A stretch of 64,000 nucleotides of DNA, from contig JBNJNM010000012.1 of NCBI GenBank assembly GCA_052426225.1, forward strand, positions 310,001 through 374,000, in the 5' to 3' direction. The first letter of the stretch is position 1. Each line of letters starts with the position of its first letter. A program made the translations under genes and the position numbers. This document shows, piece after piece, positions 36,158-48,422 of this stretch. The notes below the pieces were generated by a model. It searched no databases, had not been told where the DNA came from, and worked only from the letters and a program-made list of their open reading frames with translations. The DNA comes from Zancudomyces culisetae HAW-14-8. Taxonomy: Eukaryota > Fungi > Kickxellomycota.

Positions 36158-38344
36158 GATCTGAGAAGAGAATACAAGTTTACCAGTTGTATAGTACTGT
36201 TGTAATGTACATATTCTAGAATATCCCATTGTACTTTTTCTGCCCGTTGATCCCGCAAAATCCTTCTCCCACTCCACATTGTCCCCACTCGCTACAACAT
36301 TGATAATCCGGACACCTTGCCCTTTCTGGCGATTCTTCACCACATACCTGGGTTGAATCAACTATTCTTGGCATGGTTCCATGTGAAATACATATGTGTA
36401 TTCCGGTATGTATATTTTCACATCCATGGAACTTTCTTGTATTTTTGTTAAATTCATAGATATCCTGTACGGAAATATTGTTTGCGCGAGCAATTGAAAT
36501 ACATGAATCCCCTAGTTGTGTACGATATACACCACAGGGAATAAACCGATCCGGTGATGCCCAATCATAGCTTTCTTCGGATGGATGATGATCCCGACCA
36601 TGGCCAAACTCATGATATTTCTCATGGTTATAACTATGATCAAAATACTCGTCATCATTAACATGATCAAATAAGTGTTTATCTATTTCTATATCCTGGT
36701 ATCGGTGCTTATGGCGTTCATTTTTGTAGTTTTTGTAGTTTTTGTAGCTTTTGTGATTTTTGTTGTATTTATGAATGCTGTTGTCTTTATGGTTGCTATA
36801 GTTTTTGTGGATGCTATAGTTTTTGTGATCTTTATGATTCCTGTTAGATTTTGCTCGACTTCTCTCGCTATCACCATCATAGTACTCTCGACCATGTCCT
36901 AATGTGTAGTTATAAAAGATGTTTATAATATATCTTCGAAAATAAGGTTATATAAGCTACAGTATTGTTTATATAGTGAATTATATATTATATGCTCTAA
37001 AACCCAAAAATAGTACTAAATAGCACCAAATAGTGTCAAAATAGAGTTGCACGCTACTCACCTCTATCATGATTGCTAGATTTATCACTGATTTTTTGAT
37101 TGTGGTTATGGACATTTTTATTATGGTTTTTAAACTTATGGCCACCTCTACCATCATCATTGTGTTTTTCATGCTTAAATTTGTCGGAGTATTCAGAGTT
37201 GATATTATATCTTATATGATCTAGAGAAAGCTTGTGACGAGAAGAGCCATGATTTTGGTAATTTTTGTTGGATGGTAATTTTGTTTTAGTAGGACGTTGT
37301 CTGTTATCCCTGTTATCCCTGTTATCCCTGTTATCCCTGTTACTCCTATGATCTCTGCCATCACCATTGTTTCTACGGTTTTCATGTTTGTTGAATTTAC
37401 ATCTGTTGTGACACCACATTTTAGAAGCTGGAAGTTCAGACTGTTTGGGATTTGTACGAGAGCACTTCGGCGACTTCGTTTTAGAGATTGTGGGTTTATA
37501 CTTTTGTGTTTTAGTTTTGAGGGTAGCAGATTTACATTCTCGAGTTTTGGATTTAGAAACTTTAGGATTGCATTTTTGGGTTATATGCTTAGTTGAGTAT
37601 TTTTGAGATGAATAAAAGGTAGAGTAACGCGAATTATTTTTTGTAAAGCTGGAAACGGAGCTAAAAACAGGATGCGTTGTTGTAGATGAAGAGATCAAAT
37701 AATTTTGAGATTCTGAAATTCTCGCAAAATCCAAGGATGTATTTGATGATGTAGTTGATTCTGAGGATGTTGATGATGTGGTTGAGGATGTGATTAATTT
37801 ATCTGGCTTATTTGGTGATTTAGCTGATGTGGTTGATGTGGTTGATGTGGTTGATGTGGTTGATGTGGTTCATGTAGTTGTTTTTGTATCTTTTTGTTTT
37901 TCCGAGTTCCCTGTCGAGTCTTTATTCCCAAACAAGTCGGTTTTCAAAATGTTTTCGTTTTGATTTCCTATCTCCACTAACTTTAGAGTTGGTAGTGTAA
38001 AAGCGCTGGCCTTTTGCATCATACCTACACCAAGTATGACAAACAACACCATGCTCAACAGTATCTTTACACTTGCTCGCATTTTTCAACATGTACTCTT
38101 TAGTTTTTGCTTTTTTTCAATAAATGCTTTCTTTACCAGCTGCTGTATGTTAGTGTAGAAATAAAATGTAGCAAGTGCAAAGTTGAACAAGTATTTATAT
38201 TTGAGTGTGGAGCTTTATACAACATACAACATACAACATATAACATTGATGAATGTTTAATATGTATATTTTATTTGAACATTTTAATTTTATGATGTGT
38301 GATGATCCAAAATATATTGATATTAAAACTTGCTTTATTTAATA
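36158..38344. repeat. Direct segmental repeat, copy 2
   Basis: Near-identical to both ends of 25838-29457. The central part, about 37500-37875, is largely unrelated to the copy 1 array. Confidence 0.95.
36216..38082 (-). pseudogene. Paralog of the LysM/CBM18 secreted protein with a Ser/Thr stalk and an in-frame TGA at codon 71 (pseudogene, recoded gene or sequence error)
   Basis: Exon 1 38082-37062, exon 2 36898-36216, 568 codons in total. ORFs 37870-38082 and 37054-37734 are in the same frame, separated only by TGA at 37872-37870, where copy 1 has TCA (Ser). Confidence 0.7.
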
Positions 38345-38978
38345 ACATTTATTCGTTAACAGTGATAGTTAACGCTGATCCCAAACTCGGATATATTCTT
38401 TTCAAAAAAAATGGGATTTAGCTGCTACTTTAAATCACCTGTCTATATCAATAAAGCTTATATATTTGATGTTTTTTGTTTATACCTTTATTCTGCTAAA
38501 AGAAAAAATTGACTATGAAACCCGACTAGTCTATATCACCAAGAAATCTACCTGCTATTATCATTTCACATGAAAGGTGTTTACCCGAGTGTGTCCTCAG
38601 TAAATACCTGAGCAATCTCCCTTCTTGTTACAAATATATTACTAAATTCCTGTGCTAATTTACTCTTTATTATCTTACTTATATGCCTTCCCCTTCCACT
38701 CCCACTCCCACTCCCCCTACTTAACTGAGATCTGTGCTTGATTTACTGAAATATGGTTGTGAATTTTCCTTCAATTTTGTGACACTCAAATTTCTGGTGA
38801 CAAATTCAAATTAAGTGGTAAAAAATGACTGAGAAATTAATTACAAAACCTCTAGAAATTTAACTGATATTTAGGGCTTTTCAAAACCCGAAATGCTTGT
38901 ATACAACTTAGAGTAATTTCAAGCAAAGGAAATACGAAAGGGATTGGAACCGGAAAGAGGTAAAAATAAAGTGCAAAA

Positions 38979-41900
38979 ATGGCAGAATATTTAAATCGAG
39001 CGGTAATCCTTGCGAAAGATGTGGCTTTGGCGTCTGCACAGATATCCGAGGATTTAATGGAAAATGTTAAAGACTTGAATTTTGAGATTCTGGGGAATTT
39101 GTATGACGAAGCCGAAAACAAAATGGATAGCATTAACAAAGAATTAAATTCGAGCTATGATAAGGAAAAACTAGAGGCCCTGAATAGACTGATTGTGGTA
39201 AGTTGTCCATTTATATTTCTATCAACGATACTCGCGTCATTTGTACTCTCTTTTTTTTTAAATACACAATTACTACTAATTCAAAGGAAAATAATATTAA
39301 TCAAAAGATAAACAATCTAGCTAATAGCGAAAGGAGTGGATGTATCTTCGTTTTTTGCACAAGTTGTGAAAAATATTGAGTCGGGGAACAACGAAGTCAG
39401 GCGTAAAGTATATGTATATCTTTTGGAGTATGCCGAACGTCAACAGGATTTGGCTTTGTTATCAATAAACACATTTCAAAAGGATATGTCGGATAAGGAC
39501 CCGATTATTCGTGCTCTTGCACTGCAGGTTCTATCAGAAATACGTATAAAAGCAATAAGTACAGTTGTAGTTCTATCTGTTAGAAGGGGAAGCAAGGATT
39601 CTTCACCATATGTTAGGCGAGTAGCAGCTTTATCAGCTCTTACGGTATATCAGTAAGTTAACCGAAATAAATGCTTAGGAAGGATAAAATAATTGTCTTT
39701 TATTGTTGTTTTTTTGTTTGTATTACAAGGTACCAACTTGGATAACGACTGTGCGAATGTTTTAAATAGGCGTGATTATGAGACAAAGGAAGAGTTGCAA
39801 GAAATAATCATGGAAATGATGGATGAGCGGTCGAACATAGCATTTGGATCGGTTATGAGAGCATTTATGGTGATATGTAGTTCAGACTTCGAGCTAGGAT
39901 ATAACGACTACATAAAGTGCTGTGAAATGCTAATTGATTTGGACGCATGGGGGCAACTGACACTCTTGGATATCATAATGCGGTATTCAGCTTCATTTCT
40001 CAGTGCATCAAATATTAAGGTAGGTTTTTATCTGCATTTACCAGGAGAACTGGGACCTAGGGAATTCAAGACTAGTTACTAACATGATTGGTATTGTAAT
40101 ATCAATTTAGAGAGAAAAGGATAAAGAGTATCTGATTGAAAAAATAAAACTGCTATTTTTCAGTACTAGCAATGCTGTAGTGATGGCAGCGGTTTCAGCA
40201 TTGGCACGGTTGATGGATAAAGAGTCACTAGAAAACGTGATATGGAATCCGATTATGCGTATTATGAATGTCAACGAAGGGGTAGTAAAGGAAAATGTAC
40301 TTTTTGAAATGCTTTCTCTTACTAATAGGCTTCCGGTAAGATTGTTTAGTCTTGTTCTTGTAATTTATTACCAAAAAAAAAGAAAAAAGGTTTTTATGAA
40401 CGACAAAATGAAAATATATTGTACTGAATGTGCTTTTTATTTGTTTGATATTACTAAGTTTGAGAGCAAGAATTACAAAATACTGGTAAACAATAGGGGA
40501 TATTTCAAGGAAAATCGGGAATGTTTTGTATAGCATGTTCGGATAGTGAAAAAGTTGCAGAATACAAGTTAAAACTGATCGCAAGAGTGATAACTGAAGA
40601 TACTAGTTTGGGTATGCTTAGCGAGTTGGAAAAATACGCGAGTATTTTAGGGGATGATAATGTTGCTGTTTTATTTGAGACGGTACTTGTTTGTACAATA
40701 AAGTCGGGTAGGCATAGAAACAGGTATATAGGTATGATACTAGGAATGCTGGAAAGTTCACGAGGTAAATTGGTTGATATTCATATTCATACTCACATTC
40801 ACATTCATATACTATTCTTTCTTTTTTTTTTGAGTTTAAAAGTAGTTGTAGGGCTAGGTAGGGGGTTTTGATATAATACGGAGGGATAGGGGATATTCGA
40901 AATTAACAATGTTTTTTCGAATAACAATAATATAATAATAATAGATTCGGTGGTAAATGGAAGTGCAAAGGCGTTAATAGGGTTGGTCAGCATTTCTGAG
41001 GACAGAACAGACATTTTCAGCGATAAATCTAGACAAGTTTACGAAATCACATGTTTGCTGGCCAGAAGAATCAAACAGATAAAAGGTGATGAGGTACGAT
41101 CAATGATATATCGACTAGTGGCTAATAAGTTTGAGGGAATTGGTACATATGCAACATATGTAATGAAATACGGAATATTAAACTTCAAAAACGAAAAAGT
41201 TATGGCAAAAAGGGAAATTTTAACGCTATGTACAGTATTGAAGGCAAAAGATGATATGACAAGGGAATCGAATGAGATGCATTCTACGATGACTGAGTTG
41301 TATGAGTATGTATTTACACTGGCTCGATATGATGTGGAATATAGTGTGAGAGATTGGGCAAGAAGTTTAAAAGGAATAATATCTATGGCTGAACAACAAA
41401 GAGAAACGCAAAGCAAGGAAAGTGGCGGTAATAGCAGTAATACTAGCAGCAAAACGATGGATAAAAATTTATTTAATAGTATTACTGGTTTAGGCAGAGA
41501 CTACGATGAAAGTAGTAAAGCATTCAATGATGAACTCGAAACAGACAACTTGAAACTGTCATTTGACAAGCTGAGTGTAAACAGTGAAGGACTTGGATCC
41601 ACCAGAGCATATAAAGGAAGAACCACTGGTGCGAGATCTACATCCAAGGCCAATTATAGAGTGGGAGGCGGGCAAGAAGATTGGGGTGGCTCAATGGAGG
41701 ATTACGAAGGCGATATTCCAATGACAGTGCCATTAGTCTTATCGCCGCAGTCGCCACCGACAGGTACTGTTTTTGATAACAGTAGCAACACTAGAGACCA
41801 TGGGTACCTCAACAATCATGGGGAAATTGACGAGAAGGAGGAGAGCGAGGATGAGCTAGAGGCATTTTTGAATAAAAGCGACAGTCCAAAGGAGCATAGT

Positions 41901-42248
41901 ATGATAAAGCAAAATCAAAATGCAATTCTAGAGGAGATGATGAGAAGGAACACTGTGTATGTATACAACAAAGAGTTAGAGGATATTAGATATAGTAGTA
42001 GTAGTAGTAGTAGTGGTAGTGGTAGTAGTGATGATTATAGTGATGATAGTGATGATAATGATAACGATAACGATAAAGATGGCGAGAGAAATAAACATGA
42101 TAATAGAAACACTCATGACCACAATAGTGGCAGCAGCAAGAGAAATTCTTATAACAAAGATACAGAAAACACAGGCAAAGCAGAGGTTGATCCTTGGAAA
42201 CACACAACTTATCCATATGGGAACGAATTTCGAGAAAATTGGGATTGA
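38979..42248 (+). CDS. APL6: AP-3 adaptor complex beta subunit (multi-exon)
   Basis: Adaptin N-terminal motifs EKLEALNRLI, GVDVSSFFAQVVKN, VRRKVYVYLLEYAE..QDLALLSINTFQKD..DKDPIIRALAL, D.SPYVRR and LDAWGQ. AP-3 beta hallmark YVFTLARYDVEYSVRDWAR, followed by an acidic Ser-rich tail. About six exons, boundaries approximate. Confidence 0.88.
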
Positions 42249-42465
42249 TTGATTGATTGATTAGTTGATAGATTAGTTGACAGATCGGTTGAAATCATTA
42301 GGCTATTTGTTTATCTGTTTGTTTGTTTGCTTCTTACTAAATTTTATTTTATTTGCGATTAGTTTGTTGTGGACAAATAGTATTGTTTATAAATCAATAG
42401 AATAAGATGTATATGTAATTAGATTAAACTAGGGGGGGGGGTGGGGGGAAAAAATCTACTCAAAC

Positions 42466-44475
42466 CTAATCAAAAGTGATGCTTTGTTCACTAATAATAT
42501 CGTCAACCTGAGACGCAATCTCGTCAAGATGGTCGCTAAGCGTAGACAGATCAGAGTCGACAAGTTGGAGTTTTGGATTGCCCTGGAGTTCGTGGTAAAT
42601 GGTTTTGGTAGTAGCAACTTTATCCTTGATGGAACGGATGATATCGTTTAGGTGTTTGTTCTGGTCTCTATATTTAGAAACCTGCTTTTTCTTGGAATCT
42701 ATTATAGATTCAGAAGCGCCGAGATCAGCAACGCTTTGAACATATTTGCTATTGAGTGTCTGGAATGCCTCGCTATCTTCCTTGAGTTGTTTTTCAAAGC
42801 TCTGTTTCTGTTCATCCAGCTGATTTTTCAACAGTTCGATGGTCTTGTTTAGTTCAGCAAATTTATTCACATGCTCTTCAGTCATCTTCCTAATAGTGTC
42901 GCTCAGGTTGTTGTTTTCGTCTTCTTTAGCCATTAGTTTGTTGACAAAGCTCTTTGATTGTTCGTTCATTGCTTCAACCTGCCTGTTCATCTCAACAATT
43001 TCTTGATCCTTGCGTTTTATGGATTGTTCATACTCGTCGCTCTTGCTGGAATACGAAGATAGTTGATCACTGACTTCATCTTTGAGGCTTTGGATTTGCT
43101 TATTGAGAGACTCGATTTGTTTGCTGTGTTTAGCACTCATTTCTTTTGTGTGAATTTGATGCTGTTCCTCGGTTTTCTTGGCAGCTTCACCCAATTCGTT
43201 GATCTGTAATTCTGCTTGTGCCAAATCCTCGCTTACAACAGCAAGTTGTTTATGTAAATCATCAAGCTGCTCGGTATGTGAAGCATCAATCTTTGCTGCT
43301 TGTGCTGCATTCTGTGCTTCTTTTTCCTCGCATTTTTCAGATAGCTCCTTGTTTTGCTGCTTCAGCCGTGCTACCTCCTCGTTTGCACTTGCAAGATTTC
43401 TAGCTGCTTCTTCTATGGATTTCTCATTCTGAGCCTTCAACTCAGCTTGTAAAGCTTCTAGTTTTGCCACTTGCTCCAAAAGTGCCTCCTTTTCTTCTCG
43501 CACTTGGGATAACTCCTTGTTGAGGTTTTCGATTTCTGCTTTGGTCTTTAAAGTCAACAGTTGGTGTTTGGCCTCTGCTTCTGTGCCCATAGTTTCCTGC
43601 AATGTCTTGCTTTTTTCATTCATTTCCTCTAATTCCTTAGTTATGTTTTCTACTAATTCTTTTTTTGCTTCCAAATCTTTTTTATATTCATCGAGCTTCA
43701 TTATATATTCCTTTTCTCTCTTGGTGCTACTTTCCTTCAGCTCGTTCAATTGTGTCTCAAGCTGCATTGCCTTCTTTTGTTGTTCGCTGAATTTTATTGC
43801 ACTCTCTCCTGCCTTTTTCATAGCATCAGAATGCTTTCTCTCCATCTCTCTACTGAGCTCCTTACCCTCCTTTCCAAGGCTCTCGAACTCGGCCTGTATT
43901 TTTTTGTTCTCCTCTCGGCTATTTGCTATCTTTTCATTTAAACTATCCGCCTTGAGCGTCAACTTTTTCACTTCTTGGTCCTTGATCTCAAGTTTTTTTT
44001 CGTACTTGCTTTCCAATTCGCCAATCTCTCTGGTTAGCTTTTTTACTTTTTCTTGCTCCTCATACAGTTTATTCTTCATTGCCTTCAGTTCGGCTTCTGC
44101 CTTTGCGTCCCTACCCTCAGAATCGATCCTGAATTGGCGCGTAGCTTCCTTTGGAATTGCCGCTTTCCTCTCCATACGAACTCTACCGGACCTACTCTCA
44201 TTGACTCCCACTGATCCTGATCTAGACGCCACGCGACCCTGAGTGCCTGCTTCAGATTTTTCTCCATTTGAAAACGTACCTGTTTCTAGTACATTTCGTT
44301 TAAGTGAGGACTTGTCTACTTTGCTAAGGCTCCCGTATCTCAAACTATTGCTCTCCTCGCCATTTGACACCTCGTACTGCCCAGGTCCTGGAAATTCGGG
44401 GTTGGTAGGGTCGAAAATATCCCTTCCTATAGCCACACCGTTGAAAACCATTTTTTTACCTTTTTCGCTAGCCAT
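42466..44475 (-). CDS. Long coiled-coil protein with an N-terminal PGPGQY motif (HMMR/RHAMM-like)
   Basis: 669-aa ORF, heptad-rich in E/K/Q from about aa 120 to the end. FPGPGQYEV...RYGSLSK resembles the HMMR N-terminus and STPG (SHIPPO) repeat motif. Confidence 0.7.
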   Translation of the reverse strand: MASEKGKKMVFNGVAIGRDIFDPTNPEFPGPGQYEVSNGEESNSLRYGSLSKVDKSSLKRNVLETGTFSNGEKSEAGTQGRVASRSGSVGVNESRSGRVRMERKAAIPKEATRQFRIDSEGRDAKAEAELKAMKNKLYEEQEKVKKLTREIGELESKYEKKLEIKDQEVKKLTLKADSLNEKIANSREENKKIQAEFESLGKEGKELSREMERKHSDAMKKAGESAIKFSEQQKKAMQLETQLNELKESSTKREKEYIMKLDEYKKDLEAKKELVENITKELEEMNEKSKTLQETMGTEAEAKHQLLTLKTKAEIENLNKELSQVREEKEALLEQVAKLEALQAELKAQNEKSIEEAARNLASANEEVARLKQQNKELSEKCEEKEAQNAAQAAKIDASHTEQLDDLHKQLAVVSEDLAQAELQINELGEAAKKTEEQHQIHTKEMSAKHSKQIESLNKQIQSLKDEVSDQLSSYSSKSDEYEQSIKRKDQEIVEMNRQVEAMNEQSKSFVNKLMAKEDENNNLSDTIRKMTEEHVNKFAELNKTIELLKNQLDEQKQSFEKQLKEDSEAFQTLNSKYVQSVADLGASESIIDSKKKQVSKYRDQNKHLNDIIRSIKDKVATTKTIYHELQGNPKLQLVDSDLSTLSDHLDEIASQVDDIISEQSITFD

Positions 44476-46714
44476 TTCCTTTTCTTTTCGATTTCTTTCA
44501 CCTTTTTCTGTTATTCTTGAATTTGAATATTCTAATTTTACGCGAATTTCTGTAGGTTATTGCACAAAGTTAGTATGCATCTACTTATTTCTGAAAAGAA
44601 AAAGAATTTTCCTTTATTCAAGAATGTTCAGCAGGGAATTGGGAGAGAGAGGGGGGAGGAAATCAACAGAATAATCCTTGAACGCTTTGAAAAGTGTGTG
44701 TATGCTACCAATTTCTTGAACAACAGTGATAAACACGAGTAAATGTCTTTCCTATCTCTGTACTTGATGGGCTTCCTTGTATATCCCTAGAAAAGTGTCG
44801 CGAATAGATAAAATAAACGTTGTTGAGATTTGTTTTGGACTTTATTTTCTCTGTGAACAAAGCCTGTTTTATAAAGTTTGAACTTTGATTACCAACTACA
44901 CTTCAAGTCTAAAAGCTAAAAGAAAAAAAAAGCTGAATACACAGACATACAATTAATAAATTAGTGATGATTTTATAGTTGGATGATTTATCAGTCAATT
45001 AATTATGCCTTGTTCCTTTATATTTTTTTTTGCAAAATAGCATGGGTATTTTAACATCGCAAATGTTTAGCCCAATAAACTCGGTTAATTTTCCTATTTT
45101 TGTTATTTTTGCCCTGTACCTTATACCTAAACAGATTCTATTAGCAAAAAAAAAACTGTCAAAACTGGAAAATCAACCACAAATTTGCAAAGTGCAATGA
45201 ATTAGAAAACCATGAATTCTTCTTTTTTTCTTTCCTGCATTCCATTCGATCTTTGATTGATGATTTACCGTTCGTTCATTATTTTATTTCGTTTTATTAG
45301 TGCTAGAATTTACCCCTACATCACAATTGTTAGTAATATAGCTTATTCGCAGTTTTAGAGCTTTCTTGTTTGATTAAATACAAATGTGATACTTGCAAGA
45401 AAATAACAAACATCAATATATAGTATATATAAGGTGAACCCACATTCTTGTTGGATTATTGGCTGGATCGATAGATGAAAATTCTCATTTTGGTACCATC
45501 AGAAAATAAAATGGAATAAAAAAGCTTGATTAGAGAACACTGCATACAAAAATAGTGCAGATACATATACCATTTTTAATCAAGTATAAACTGGCATTTT
45601 ATCACTTCTTGTTTTTTGGTGGTAAAGCTTGTGAACTGCAAAATTGGTTTGTCAGTTCGTATTTGGGTATACTTTACTCATTTATCTAGTTAGTTTTTAC
45701 GAAAAGTGTTGGGTTTTTACGGTTCGAAAAGTTGGTTTCCCCACAGACCTTTGATTATTCCATTTTCATATATGGGCAGATTTGGAACCTAAGATATTAA
45801 AAAGAGAACGTTTTTTTTTCTTGAGTAAGGAGTATTTTAGCTAAACTCTGAGTAGCAGTATTATTATCATAGTATTAGTATAATTTTTGCTATTGTTAGG
45901 CTTGTTAAGCAAAAAGGCAAAAGTAGTTCTGCACAAGTCTATTAACAGAGTCATAAATAGCAGGACTATACGAGACCAGGGAAAGAGGAACAATTATAGT
46001 TTTTGATTCAAACTCGCTTCCAGAATTGGCTACCATCTTTCACAAGTAAATACACCATAACCAAAGTGTTGGGTCAGAACGTTTAAAACCTAGCAACGCT
46101 ACTTATTATCCGTGGCACTATCTTCTCATTATGTTTACGTGCATTTTTGGGTAATAAAAATCGAATGGGTGATATACCCAAAAAGAAGTCTAGCCCCATC
46201 CTAGTTTTCTCACATTCCTTTGATGTTTTGTTTTTTTTTTAGCATAATTATACCACTCAATCCCCTTTTTCTCCCTTTTACATGAATGAATTGTGTAAAA
46301 TACATCCTAATACCACCATCCTGGTAATGGGCTATTTGAAATAACATCTTGTATTACAAGCAAAAATATAATACTTACACCTGTCCTTTTTTTTAAAAAA
46401 AAAGTAGGTACTGTAAGTATCCTAATACTAGGCTGCCTTGTTGATCTTGAAACATGATATCATTTCTCAAACGTCTATTATAGTCGGTGCAAAATTTCCC
46501 AATTTCCAAGTAATGGACATTTCCATAAAAAAATAATACAACCAATTTTATTTACTCTAGAATAAATTGCTAAACTACTAAAGAATACTAGCGCATAAGA
46601 GTGATTGATCCATCCAAGTGAGCATTGAAAGATATATTCAAAATGTTACAAGCAATAAGTGTTGACAGCTCGTCTGAAAGCAGCGAATGAGATAGTTACT
46701 GGAAATAACCGTTT

Positions 46715-47957
46715 TCAGTCCTCCATTATCTTGAACTATTAGACATAGGCGTTGCAAAAAAAAAAGGAAGGGTTAAAACTGTGATAACCAAATTTGATTC
46801 CATACGAATTCAATATAGCGTAAAAAGTAAAGGCTTACATAGTTGCTTGGGACAATACCAGATTTCCCATCAGATTTCTTAGCACTCCACCATTTTCCTC
46901 TATCATCCAGGATATCCAACATCTCTCCCTTTTCAAATCCAAGTTCAGATGGATCGTCCGTTGGTGCATCTATTTTTAAAATTATTCTTTAACTTATCCC
47001 CAACATTATATAAAAATAGCAATAGAAAATGGTATACTAGTTAGAAATACATAATGATAAAAATTACATGAGTAAAGGGCAACGGCTCTGAATAGGATAC
47101 CACCAGCATCAAACTGATTCATTGAGTGTGTTTTTCCAAAGCTCAAGCTTCTGAAAAGTGCATTTGATGCCCTTACTTGTGTCGTATTTCGTGTATTGAT
47201 TCTTCCTTCTGCTAGCTTAAATAAAGTCGTCTCCGTGCTTCCTCCCAAAATAAATGTCCAATATACCTATATATCACCATAATTATAAGTACTTTTTTTT
47301 AAAAAAATAAGAGCATATAGGCTGAGTGAAATTTGACTAGCATTAAAACTTTACCATTGCCACAATCATAATTATAAAACCGGAAGATAGGGTTTGGAGC
47401 GCTGCGACATTTGAGTCAAAGTAGTAATTTATATTTCCATAAATGATAGACATTAGGAATACGTTAAATGAAAGTGCCTATCATCAATTGTAAAGATAAG
47501 TTAGTAATTGTTGCAATCTAGATATTTGCAAAAGCAAAGTATGTAAATTTACTTGTATATACAAAAAGAAGTGAAATTGTACTATAAAAATCTTACCACA
47601 TTCCTATAATCCAAAATGAGATCAAACAAAATCAGAATCGCCAAAAATATGAGTTGGGCAGATACAAGTGCAATAACCACATAAGTGACGGAAACCACAG
47701 CCTTATCCGAGGCAAGCGCACCCACTATGGATACCACCAATCCTATCTGTTATTGATAGTTAGTACTGTTAAAATTATGCATTTCGAAAGCCGCAGAAAA
47801 AGAAAACAAAATTAAACTAAACTAGTAGCAAAAACAAAAACAAAAGCAAAAACGGTCAAATTATAGTTTTTATATTAAAGAAAATAGTTACCAGCAATAA
47901 TAGGAAGCTTGAGGTATATACCGGATTGTATATTAACTTTTTAAATCTGGAATCCAT
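46715..47957 (-). CDS. SHO1: Sho1 osmosensor (four TM helices plus C-terminal SH3), 229 aa, 6 exons
   Basis: Exons 47957-47892, 47746-47597, 47477-47355, 47266-47068, 46969-46839 and 46735-46715 join in frame (690 nt). SH3 domain FRAVALYSYAPTDDPSELGFEKGEMLDILDDRGKWWSAKKSDGKSGIVPSNYFKIMED follows four hydrophobic segments. Confidence 0.9.
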
Positions 47958-48422
47958 TCTGCCTTTTCTCTCTATCGTAACTTGAAGTTAAAATAAATTA
48001 TTGTATAAGAGACAAATATGTATCTTTCAGCTTTTGGTTTACTAATAAATTTTATTGCAGATATAGCAGGGTTGAGTTTAGTATTAAAAGCCCCTCAAAG
48101 CAACTCGGAATTAACTTTTTTTTTATGGGGACATTGATGATCAACTATCGAGAAGTTCAGCAAACCGCTTTATCATATACTTTTAATTACCGGGTTATAT
48201 TTCTACAATTCGCTGAAAATTAGCGTTTATTGGTAACATCGATAATTAGTGTTATAATTTTAGTAAAATTAGAATACCATAGCTAATAATTACAAGCTAA
48301 TTACCATTGGTGCGGGATGAAGGTGCTGTAAAGATGCGCAATATTACTTTATACATTTCACTTAGCACATAAAAAGTATTAACGTTAAACAAATACATAC
48401 ACTGTAATTACAAATAAAAGGT

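Noticed and set aside
35900-36215. SECIS element that would recode the TGA of copy 2
   Set aside because: No AUGA...AA...GA kink-turn stem found by eye; a SECISearch run is needed to exclude it formally.
25838-38344. LTR retrotransposon or composite transposon interpretation of the direct repeats
   Set aside because: The repeats are themselves spliced genes. No TG...CA ends, target-site duplication, gag/pol or transposase seen.
43178-44742. Plus-strand ORFs antisense to the coiled-coil gene, and similar antisense ORFs in STE12, the ABCA genes and BST1
   Set aside because: Antisense shadows of well-supported coding regions.
48134-48215. Possible C/D snoRNA (TTGATGA...CTGA)
   Set aside because: No terminal stem and only a mismatched similarity to a 5.8S rRNA segment; consistent with chance.
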